Assembly: GCA_963785235.1 (NCBI GenBank)
Contig: CAWAUM010000003.1
Coordinates: forward strand, 256,001 to 320,000
DNA length: 64,000 nucleotides
Origin: an uncultured delta proteobacterium
Lineage (GTDB): Bacteria > Desulfobacterota > Desulfomonilia > UBA1062
Direction of reading: 5' to 3'
Below, piece by piece: positions 50,805 through 59,360 of the stretch. Both the position numbers and the translations under genes were made by a program. The notes beneath the pieces were generated by a model. That model made no database searches, was not told where the DNA came from, and worked only from the letters and a program-made list of their open reading frames with translations. The first letter of the stretch is position 1. Each line of letters begins with the position of its first letter.

Positions 50805-51245
50805 ATGGCCTTCAAGTACAAATTCTCAACCTTGCTCAATGTGAGGAAGATCCAGGAGAATATTGCACAACAGGCATTCTCCCAGGCACAGAGATACGTA
50901 AAAAAACTTGTGGCAATGAAAGATCAGGTCTTGATGAGAAGAGACACCCTCAGGGCTGAGCTCATGACAAGGATGAGACAAGGATTAAGCTCCACCGAGG
51001 TCAAGATATACTATGATTATCTCTCATACCTGGAAAAAGGACTGGAACGCATTGATGAGAATATTAAAACCGCTGAGAAACAGGTGGACGTGAAAAGGGA
51101 AGAGCTATTGAAAGCGAAACGGTCATCAAAGGCTATCTCAAGGCTTAAGGAGATCCATCAGGCGCGGTTCGATGAAGCGCTCAGAAAAAAGGACGTGATC
51201 TTTCTCGATGAGATAGCGGTCTTACGTCATGGAGGTGTGAGATGA
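50805..51245 (+). CDS. fliJ: Flagellar export protein FliJ
   Basis: FKYKF..LL..R..QE coiled coil, ends LDE.A; follows fliI. Confidence 0.85.
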   Translation: MAFKYKFSTLLNVRKIQENIAQQAFSQAQRYVKKLVAMKDQVLMRRDTLRAELMTRMRQGLSSTEVKIYYDYLSYLEKGLERIDENIKTAEKQVDVKREELLKAKRSSKAISRLKEIHQARFDEALRKKDVIFLDEIAVLRHGGVR

Positions 51246-51814
51246 AGGCAAAGATACTGCTGTGTTTGGTGTTAATCAATATAGTTTTTGTTGCCGCCTA
51301 CCTGATTTTCCAATCCACACCCGTGGCTGCCGGTAATACTACGAGTAATACCCAGGCGCCCGCCAGACAGGAGCAGCCACAACCAGCGATGCAGCCCTTG
51401 TCACTTAGCCCTTCTGACCAGATGGAGATAATCCGGCAGAAGGAAGAGCGGCTCAAGACCCGTGAAATGGAGATCAAGGAGCTTGAGAAGCAGTTGCAAG
51501 AGAAGATCAAGCGTCTCGAGGTCATAGAAGCCTCTATTAAAAACGACCTCAACTCCTATAAGGTCATCAACGGGGATCGGATCAAACAACTGGTGAAGAT
51601 CTACTCTTCCATGAAACCAAATGCTGCAGCTACCCTGATGAACAACATTGAGGCCGATGTAGCTGTCCAGGTATTTATCGGCATGAAGGGCGACATAGCA
51701 GGCAGCATACTTTCATATATGGAACCTATAAAGGCTGCCGGCATAACCCAGAAACTCGTAAGCTTCCGGGGAGGCAACACCGCCTCAACCGAGCCTGTCC
51801 CTGCCGGACAATGA
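51242..51814 (+). CDS. MotE/FlbB-like protein (MgtE N-terminal-like domain)
   Basis: TM helix, coiled coil, LVKIYSSMKPNAAA...IL..M.P..AA. Confidence 0.75.
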   Translation: MKAKILLCLVLINIVFVAAYLIFQSTPVAAGNTTSNTQAPARQEQPQPAMQPLSLSPSDQMEIIRQKEERLKTREMEIKELEKQLQEKIKRLEVIEASIKNDLNSYKVINGDRIKQLVKIYSSMKPNAAATLMNNIEADVAVQVFIGMKGDIAGSILSYMEPIKAAGITQKLVSFRGGNTASTEPVPAGQ

Positions 51815-51867
51815 AGTGTAGCTTACAGATAACTGGATACTGATTATAAAGAAACAAATGTAAAAAA

Positions 51868-51903
51868 AACAAAGGCCTCCTGATATATCCCTCAGGCCTT
51901 TGT
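51868..51903. terminator. Hairpin downstream of the flagellar operon
   Basis: acaaaggcct...aggcctttgt with an upstream A-run. Confidence 0.5.
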
Positions 51904-52034
51904 CGCTGCCCTCACAAATACGGCTCATCTCACGTAAACCCAGAGTATGCAATTGAATGAGACCATACGCACCCAATACACTCCAAGGGTACCTTGAGTA
52001 GAAAACTCGTGGTGAACGAAAATGTTTTTATAGG

Positions 52035-52121
52035 TCCGTTAAAATCAGTCATCTTGCAGCCCTTAAAAGACCGGAAAAATAGGCTCTCTCCTAAGGCTGC
52101 AAGATGACTGATTTTAACGGA
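52035..52121. repeat. Palindromic element: perfect 27-bp arms, 33-nt spacer
   Basis: tccgttaaaatcagtcatcttgcagcc ... ggctgcaagatgactgattttaacgga. Confidence 0.9.
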
Positions 52122-52231
52122 TCAGGTTTTTACACAGCCTAAATACAAAATCTGAGTTAAACATGGATACATTCAAACGCTGAATCCGGATTGAAACGCA
52201 GCCGTACAAGGGTGTCTTTATAATGAAATTC

Positions 52232-53953
52232 TCACGCAGCCGAATTGACGCGGGACCCGTTTTCCATATCGCGGAACAGCTCTTCTCTGATCCTGCGGAA
52301 ATCTTCCTCATGGGCCAGGAATGAATCCACAACATCCGGGGCAAAGTGGGTTCCGCGGGTCTCCACAATGATCTCTTTGGCAGCCTGATGTGAGATCGCC
52401 TCTTTGTAAACCCTCTTGGAGGTCAGGGCATCATACACATCGGCCAAGGCAACGATCCGGGCAGACAGGGGAATGTGATCTCCCTTTAAACCACGGGGAT
52501 AGCCGGATCCGTCCCACTTCTCATGGTGGTAAAAGGCGATCTCCTTGCCCAGAGTAAGGAAAGACTGACCTTCGATCTTGCTTTCAACAGCCCTGAGCGC
52601 CTCACCCCCCAATGCCGAGTGGCGTTTGATCTCTTCAAACTCTTCGGGTGTGAGCTTGCCCGGTTTCAGCAGGATCGCATCAGGGACACCTACCTTACCG
52701 ATATCGTGGAGAATGGAGGAGTTATAGATATCATCAATATACTCTGGGGTGATATAACCGGCATACTCGGGTCTCTTTGCAAGATCTTCAGCAAGCACCT
52801 TGGAGTATTCACGGATCCTTTCAAGGTGCGCCCCAGTGTCTGCATCACGATACTCTGCAAGCTTTGCAAGGCCCAGGATCGTTGCATTTCGTGCACTCTG
52901 CACCTTTTTATAGGATTCCAGCAGATCTTTTTCGAGCTTCTTACGGACAGTAATATCCCTGATCACAAGCTGGAATCCGACGATCTGATAATCTTTCATG
53001 ATGCATTTTGCATTACACTCAACATCATAGATTATGCCCTTTTTGTTGATGATCTTGAACTGGATATCCTTGACCATCTGCTCTACAGGCAGCCTTATGA
53101 TCATCCGTTCAACCAGGGTGACATCTGTTGGGTGCACATAACTCAAGAAATTGGAGTGGGTTTTATCATCCACAGAGCCGACAGTCTCAAAGTATCTGGG
53201 ATTGGCCATGAGGATCTTGGAATCCCTGTCCACCAGAAGCACGATATCGATGATGTTCTCATACAGTTCTCGATATCTGAGCTCCGACTCTTCAAGCTGC
53301 TTCACCCGCTTTTCCACCTCTGATTCGAGGTTGTGGGCATAAAAGGAAAGTCTTTCCGCCAGGGTATCCATCTCTGTCTTGAGTTTGACCTCTCTCTGGC
53401 GGGCCCTGGTGTCTTCAAAGCACTTGAGAACGATAATCACGATGAAAGAGGCGAAGAAGAAGCTGTTGCTGAAGAATATTTTCAGGTTGTCAGGGGTCGC
53501 CTGAGAGAAGAGCACGATGGGGACTGCATAAACGATGTAGAGCCCTACCCCCATGATGGCTGCCTGAATGGAATCCAGCGGCAGAATGATCGTCACTGCC
53601 ACCAGCACCATTACTACCCCGACATAATAGAAGGAGTCGTATCCGCCCATATGCACACACATGAGGGTGATAGTCAGACCGGAGACAAGATAAGCTATGA
53701 CGGATATGGGATAAGCGAATTTCCTGCCGTATCCGGAGAAATATACTACAAGAAAAACACTTAAGATTGCCGCACAACCAATTCTATAGAAAAAGAACCG
53801 GGTGAGGTACTGACGCACCACTACAAAGTCGAGGATCGAGAACAGCGGGATCAGAACGATACCGATCAGGAGGATGGCAAGCACCCTCTGATAGTACAAT
53901 TCCCGCGTCTCCGCAAGGAATCGCCCATGCCATGGTTCTCTTACTGAAGACAT
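52232..53953 (-). CDS. Membrane sensor-PAS-HD-GYP c-di-GMP phosphodiesterase
   Basis: About six TM helices, coiled coil, PAS, HDIGK, HHEKWDGSGYP, ADVYDAL. Confidence 0.9.
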   Translation of the reverse strand: MSSVREPWHGRFLAETRELYYQRVLAILLIGIVLIPLFSILDFVVVRQYLTRFFFYRIGCAAILSVFLVVYFSGYGRKFAYPISVIAYLVSGLTITLMCVHMGGYDSFYYVGVVMVLVAVTIILPLDSIQAAIMGVGLYIVYAVPIVLFSQATPDNLKIFFSNSFFFASFIVIIVLKCFEDTRARQREVKLKTEMDTLAERLSFYAHNLESEVEKRVKQLEESELRYRELYENIIDIVLLVDRDSKILMANPRYFETVGSVDDKTHSNFLSYVHPTDVTLVERMIIRLPVEQMVKDIQFKIINKKGIIYDVECNAKCIMKDYQIVGFQLVIRDITVRKKLEKDLLESYKKVQSARNATILGLAKLAEYRDADTGAHLERIREYSKVLAEDLAKRPEYAGYITPEYIDDIYNSSILHDIGKVGVPDAILLKPGKLTPEEFEEIKRHSALGGEALRAVESKIEGQSFLTLGKEIAFYHHEKWDGSGYPRGLKGDHIPLSARIVALADVYDALTSKRVYKEAISHQAAKEIIVETRGTHFAPDVVDSFLAHEEDFRRIREELFRDMENGSRVNSAA

Positions 53954-53994
53954 ATCATTTCATCCTATCGGCAGATGATCGGCTAAATTAAAAT

Positions 53995-54897
53995 CTAAAA
54001 CAATTTGACCATGTCGGCGAATGGCCTTTCCGAGGTGAAATCAGGATTATAGGTAGAAGGGGCCTCCATGTCCTGGCAATAGAGTGTCTCAAATCCTAAA
54101 GCGGCTGCCCTCTCTATCACCGTGGTGTATTCATCCGAAGTGATGCGGCGCCTCATTTCTGGCAAATCTCCCTGGTAATACTCGGGATTATACTGTGACA
54201 TGATACTTACCGGAATCTCCGGCGAAAGTTCACAAAGGAATTCAAGCACGGAAAACGGATTAGAGAGCATCCCCGGAAGGACAAGATGCCTGACCATCAG
54301 GCCGCTGACCGCCTTTCCTTCACTGTCTGGAACAAGGACACCTGCCGTCTCAAAGAGATATGCAACAGCCTGCTTAGCCACGTCCCAATAGTCATGAACA
54401 CCGCTTAAAACCTTGCCTGCGTTATTATCGCCATACTTGAGATCCATGAGATAAATCTGTGCATGACCCTTCCAGAGCCCCAGGCATTCCAGCGTCTCAT
54501 ATCCGCTTGAATTCACGAGGATCGGGAGCTTTAATCCCAGGGCTCGGGCTTTCTCTATTGCCGTAATGACCCAAGGCGTATAGTGGGTCGGGCTTACCAG
54601 GTTGATGTTTGAACACTGGGCCTCTTCCAGTTCAAGCATGGCATGGGCAAGCTTTTCCGGAGTGAAGGCCCTGCCCTTATTGAAATGGCTTATCTGTTTG
54701 TTCTGGCAATAGCTGCACCTCATGGGGCAGCCGCAGAAGAATATGGCACCCGACCCGGCCCCTGCCACCAGGGGAGGCTCTTCACCTTTATGGACGACTA
54801 CGGCCCCCACCAGGATCTCTTCGCCTACCCTGCAGGCGCCTCTTGCCTTTGAACGATCAATCCCGCACTGCCTGGGGCAGAGGGTGCATCCCCTCAT
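53995..54897 (-). CDS. Radical SAM protein, PflX-like
   Basis: CTLCPRQC, H.GEEP, GSGAIFF, CPMRCSYCQN, NINLVSPTH, RHLVLPG. Confidence 0.88.
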   Translation of the reverse strand: MRGCTLCPRQCGIDRSKARGACRVGEEILVGAVVVHKGEEPPLVAGAGSGAIFFCGCPMRCSYCQNKQISHFNKGRAFTPEKLAHAMLELEEAQCSNINLVSPTHYTPWVITAIEKARALGLKLPILVNSSGYETLECLGLWKGHAQIYLMDLKYGDNNAGKVLSGVHDYWDVAKQAVAYLFETAGVLVPDSEGKAVSGLMVRHLVLPGMLSNPFSVLEFLCELSPEIPVSIMSQYNPEYYQGDLPEMRRRITSDEYTTVIERAAALGFETLYCQDMEAPSTYNPDFTSERPFADMVKLF

Positions 54898-56378
54898 GAG
54901 GCCCCTTTGAGAATATCCACCAGGACCTTGCCTTCTTCATTCCTGGGGATCTCGGGTACGAATTCAACCTTTCTCGGGGTCTTGAAGGGCGCAAGCTGCT
55001 TGCGTGCAAACTTTTTCACCTCATCTTCACTCAGGGCTGCATCATCGCGGACGATAAAGGCCTTGATGACTGCACCCCTCATGAGGTCGGGCTCTCCGAT
55101 AATGGCTGAATCACGAATGCCCGGCATGGAATTGAGCACATTTTCCACCTCGCGTGAATAGACATTGAACCCTGAGGTGATGACCATGTCCTTCATATAT
55201 CCGGTTATGTAGATATAGCCATCCTCATCCATATATCCGAGGTCTCCAGTATGGAGCCAACCATCGGTTATGATCCTTTTGGTCTCCTGATCATTTTTGT
55301 AGTAGCCCTTCATGATATTGGGGCCCTTAAAGAGAAGCTCACCCACCTCGCCCGGCTTGAGGATATTCCCCTTATTGTCTTCCACCCTGGCAGTAACGCC
55401 AATTACCGCAGTGCCAATGGAGGTAGGCTTAATGGGGAGGTGCTTCTGGTTCACCGAGCAGACCGGAGATGCCTCGGTAATGCCATAACCCTGCCGGATA
55501 TCCGCATGAAACGTCTGCTTGAAGGCATCATACACCTCGATGGGCAGGGCCGACCCCCCGGCAATGAGTGTCTTCATGCGTGTGTAGTCGATACCGGCAA
55601 GATCAGGATGAAAAACAAGGCCGTAGAACAGTGTGGGGACCGCGCTAATAATGGTTATGCCGCAAGCGGCAAGGGCATGGTGCAGCTCCCTGAAATCAAG
55701 CTTCTTCATGAGGTAGATTGTGCCCCCGTAGCGGAGCATGGAAAGCATATTCACGCTTGCGCTGAAGGAATGGAAACAGGGAATGACGGTTAACGCGCTG
55801 TCGCTGTCATCGCAATCCATAGAGATCCGCATAAGGTCGGAATTATGATCAAGGTTGCCCTGGGTAAGCATGGCGCCCATGGGATACCCGGTGAGCCCTG
55901 ATGAGTAGATCATAGCCGCCACATCATCCCTGTCCATGTCTTCGACTATGCCGCTTCCTCTTTCAGCTATCCAGCGGGAAAAATTGCCATCCTTACCGGT
56001 TGTGATGACGTTTGTCTGGGGACATTCACCGGCAATGGCCTCATAGGTTCCGATGTTGCTGTGTTCGATGATAAGGGCCTTGGATTCGGAGTCGGCCAGT
56101 ATATGCTTAAGCTCACGCGATGTATAGGAAGGGTTTACGGGTGTGACAACAGCACCGATACCTATGACAGCCATGTAGGTGATGATAAACTCAGGCATGT
56201 TGGGCAGCATGAGAGTTACATGGTCACCAGGCGCTATGCCTGCCCTGGACAGGGATGTCCCAAAGGAGTCGGAGAGACTATAGAGTTCTCCGTAGGAAAT
56301 CTCCGAGTCCTTTAACCTGATGGCAATTTTGGCGGGCCTTGCCTTTGCGTGTGCTTTCAGCCACGAATAGAGATTCAT
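54894..56378 (-). CDS. Long-chain acyl-CoA ligase family protein with atypical P-loop
   Basis: YSSGLTGYPMG, QGYGITE, LHTGDLG, SGFNVY.REVE, terminal GK. Confidence 0.85.
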   Translation of the reverse strand: MNLYSWLKAHAKARPAKIAIRLKDSEISYGELYSLSDSFGTSLSRAGIAPGDHVTLMLPNMPEFIITYMAVIGIGAVVTPVNPSYTSRELKHILADSESKALIIEHSNIGTYEAIAGECPQTNVITTGKDGNFSRWIAERGSGIVEDMDRDDVAAMIYSSGLTGYPMGAMLTQGNLDHNSDLMRISMDCDDSDSALTVIPCFHSFSASVNMLSMLRYGGTIYLMKKLDFRELHHALAACGITIISAVPTLFYGLVFHPDLAGIDYTRMKTLIAGGSALPIEVYDAFKQTFHADIRQGYGITEASPVCSVNQKHLPIKPTSIGTAVIGVTARVEDNKGNILKPGEVGELLFKGPNIMKGYYKNDQETKRIITDGWLHTGDLGYMDEDGYIYITGYMKDMVITSGFNVYSREVENVLNSMPGIRDSAIIGEPDLMRGAVIKAFIVRDDAALSEDEVKKFARKQLAPFKTPRKVEFVPEIPRNEEGKVLVDILKGAS

Positions 56379-56396
56379 ACCCCTCCCCTCATCATA

Positions 56397-57026
56397 TCAA
56401 GTCATCTTTACAATGATGTCGCTTATGATATTGGCAGCCTCATCGCCTCTATCAGCGGCATTGCTCAAGTGCCGGTAGATCTCCCTCATCTTGAGCATGT
56501 AGACCGGGTCATTACCCTCAAAAAGGTCTCCCAGGGCTGTCCGGTACTCTTTTTCCATCTTGTTCTCGTATCCTTTTGCCTCGCGAGCGTGCTCCATGGC
56601 GACGTTGGGATAGTACTGAAGATTTTTCAGAGCTGCATTCAATTCCTTGCATTCCTTCTTAAGGATCTCAGTCATGGCACGGATATGATCGTCAACCTGA
56701 ACCTTGTATATCTGCATCTCATACACCGTTGTGCAGGCATAGTCCATTACGTCATCAATAGCCCTGGATAATGAAAAGATGTCCTCCCTGTCAATAGGGG
56801 TGATGAAGGTCTGGTTGAGGTGATCAATGATTATCCTTCTCAGATCATCGGCCTCCATCTCGATGTCTTTTACGTGCTCGGCATTCTCTTTGGTGCTCTC
56901 CGATACAAATTCACACAGGGCACCTAAGCCTTCCAGGGTCTTTCTGCCCTGGTCATAGAGAAGCATAAAGAAGTTATCGTCGGGTTTTTTCCTTTTCCAC
57001 CACATGCATAAATCCTTTGATATCAT
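56397..57026 (-). CDS. DUF47 (PhoU-like) phosphate transport regulator
   Basis: E.EAD..RR, TFITPIDREDI..L...DDVMD, AADR. Confidence 0.88.
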   Translation of the reverse strand: MISKDLCMWWKRKKPDDNFFMLLYDQGRKTLEGLGALCEFVSESTKENAEHVKDIEMEADDLRRIIIDHLNQTFITPIDREDIFSLSRAIDDVMDYACTTVYEMQIYKVQVDDHIRAMTEILKKECKELNAALKNLQYYPNVAMEHAREAKGYENKMEKEYRTALGDLFEGNDPVYMLKMREIYRHLSNAADRGDEAANIISDIIVKMT

Positions 57027-57080
57027 CCTATCATATATTGTCTCGGGTAGTTGCGGAAAATAGTTTACCTATACCGATTC

Positions 57081-57341
57081 TCATTGGTTTGCACGGACCT
57101 TGATGCAGAAATTATAACAGTCGAAGTCCTCAGGGCTGTCCTCCTGGTAGAAACGGTTTGTCCGGCAGAATACCTCGAGTTCGGTGTTGTTCTGGTTAAT
57201 GCAGATTGTACAAAATGATTCCATAGTGAGATGAAGCTCACTCTTCAACTTATGCTTGCGATACTTGGGGCATGACACACAGTCTTCAACAGGACCGGTC
57301 CTGAGCCTGCACCATGCACAGTGTATCTTTCGAAAATCCAT
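57081..57341 (-). CDS. Small Cys-rich hypothetical protein
   Basis: CAWC, CVSC, CTIC, CYNFC; co-oriented with DUF47 gene. Confidence 0.6.
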   Translation of the reverse strand: MDFRKIHCAWCRLRTGPVEDCVSCPKYRKHKLKSELHLTMESFCTICINQNNTELEVFCRTNRFYQEDSPEDFDCYNFCIKVRANQ

Positions 57342-57763
57342 GCAGGGTAACATAACCTTTTGATCGAACTAAGGGCAAGGGGGATGTGTAAAGAAATATC
57401 CGTGATCAGTGGCGCGTGGTGAGTCAAAGGAAATAAAAACTCTTCTTCCATAACTGTAATAACCAGGGGGAGAATCATTCAACACCTGCTGGGGTATTTA
57501 GCATCAGCCCTGACATAATAGATTATTTTCAGAGATCCACGGTTGATCACCTGAAAATGGAACTAACGAGTCATCGAAGAAATCTCTGCTTTAGATAACT
57601 TCACCATGTTAATCTGCTAGATGTCATTAGACTTTTCTGTCGAGTTCACAAGGAACATTATCAAAGAGTCCGGACACATATACATTCATATCTTGAAAAT
57701 CTCTCGCCATCTATTAATAATTGTTAGTACCCTAGTTTAGTTGAAGGAATAAGGAGGGACTCT

Positions 57764-58162
57764 ATGAAATCTATTATGAGAAATCGCATCTTAGCAGCAT
57801 TTGTAACCTTCCATATGTTCTTATTTGTTACTTCTCCTTCTTTTGCCGCCATGATCCCATCTTTGGGTTCATCGACACAGGATAGAAGCTGCTCTCTTCA
57901 AGGAGATATAACCACGATCCAACAGACCTTGGAAACAAAGATTGTGCAGGAGAAACTCAAAGCCTATGGGCTCTCTGCAGATGAGGTGACATCGAAAATC
58001 ATATCAATGACACCTCATCAGATTCATTTGTTGGCTGTTGCCTCCCCTGACATTTTAACAGGTGGTGACGCTGGAACCGTTATTTTAGTTGTTGGCGTGG
58101 CTATGACGGTCTTTGCTCTTTATACACTTACTAATTTTATCATTGGGAGTTCCACAAAATAA
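57764..58162 (+). CDS. PA2779-family exported protein
   Basis: AAGGAGG RBS; signal peptide, LE...V.EKL.AYGLS.DEV...I..M...GGD then hydrophobic tail. Confidence 0.7.
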   Translation: MKSIMRNRILAAFVTFHMFLFVTSPSFAAMIPSLGSSTQDRSCSLQGDITTIQQTLETKIVQEKLKAYGLSADEVTSKIISMTPHQIHLLAVASPDILTGGDAGTVILVVGVAMTVFALYTLTNFIIGSSTK

Positions 58163-58530
58163 ATAGTGCAACCGTGGAAATTGATGCTGCAGATAATGAT
58201 CCCTATCGCAGAATCCATACAATCAGAAAAAGGAGACAGATTTATTATTCACAATGCACCTGACTATCGGTTCCATCTGACGGCTTACAACCGTTGGTAA
58301 TCTATGCCGTTAACATTAAAAGTATAGATCACGTGCCATTATCAATGCTTTGATATTATTGTATGTTTCTAGACATAATCTATGCTCGTCGATGAAATAA
58401 ACGAACGATCTCTATAAGCACTTGAAGCATAATCGTGAGTATAGATAGCTGTAATAACTCAATAATTAAGGCATCAGAAAATCTAGGATATCCGAAAGAA
58501 CTCTATCCACTTCCGAATGATCCCTTTTGA

Positions 58531-58791
58531 TTACCGCCGATACACTTCCCTTCTATGAGCTGTCTCGATAATGCAAATGACAAGTTCCTTGTCTCTAACT
58601 TCATACAGGATGCGGTAGTCTCCAACTCTTATCCTGTAGATATCATCTTGGCCTTTTATCTTTTCTGCGCCTATAGGACGGGGATTTTCCTGTAAGTCGT
58701 TTATTACAGGCTTTAGTCGCTGCTGAATATCCCTCGGCAACTTACGGAATGACCTTGCAGCATGATTATTGAAAGTGACAAGATACGACAT
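58531..58791 (-). CDS. Type II toxin, RelE/ParE family
   Basis: L.ENPRP.G..K, YRIRVGDYRILY, HRREVYR. Confidence 0.92.
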   Translation of the reverse strand: MSYLVTFNNHAARSFRKLPRDIQQRLKPVINDLQENPRPIGAEKIKGQDDIYRIRVGDYRILYEVRDKELVICIIETAHRREVYRR

Positions 58792-59040
58792 TTACAAGTC
58801 GAGCTCTTTTTTCAAGTCTTCCCAGGAAATGTTCTCGCCACCTTCTGCAAGTGATTTCCGCACTGCATCCAAGTCCAACCTGTTCTCGATCTCACTAAGG
58901 AGTTTGTAGTCTTCAACGGAGACGATCACGGCGACATCCTTGCCGCTGCGCTGAAGGGCGATGCGATCTCCGGTATACGCTACCCTATTCACGGCTTCGG
59001 AAATATCCTTCCTCAGTTCGCTTGTTGTCATTCGTCTCAT
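58792..59040 (-). CDS. Type II antitoxin, Phd/YefM family
   Basis: SELRK.ISE.VNRV...RSGK.VAVIVS.EDY; abuts the toxin gene. Confidence 0.9.
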   Translation of the reverse strand: MRRMTTSELRKDISEAVNRVAYTGDRIALQRSGKDVAVIVSVEDYKLLSEIENRLDLDAVRKSLAEGGENISWEDLKKELDL

Positions 59041-59360
59041 GGTTATGCCCCTTTTGTATTATTTGTACATATTGTACTGTATCGTCATCTGATACTGATT
59101 TCAAGAGGAATTCTGATAATTATTCAGACCAGCATGGCCTATGGATGTTAAGCATTGTGTCTCCTCTTATTAGAAAATGCAAATTATAAATATCTGTAAT
59201 ATATGTGAACTCCAATGCTGGCCTTAAAAGATTAGATACTTGAATTATATTTATCAGCGAAAGAATAAGAAATTCTGTCCAAAAATCATCAGTCCCATCT
59301 CCATACACTCAACCAGAGATTATGATCAAAACTATTCAATTTTTTAAAGATGTAGATTCC

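Noticed and set aside
12163-52123. Palindromic repeats read as a CRISPR array or attC cassettes
   Set aside because: Dispersed single copies with no regular spacers, no cas or integrase genes, and flanked by core genes
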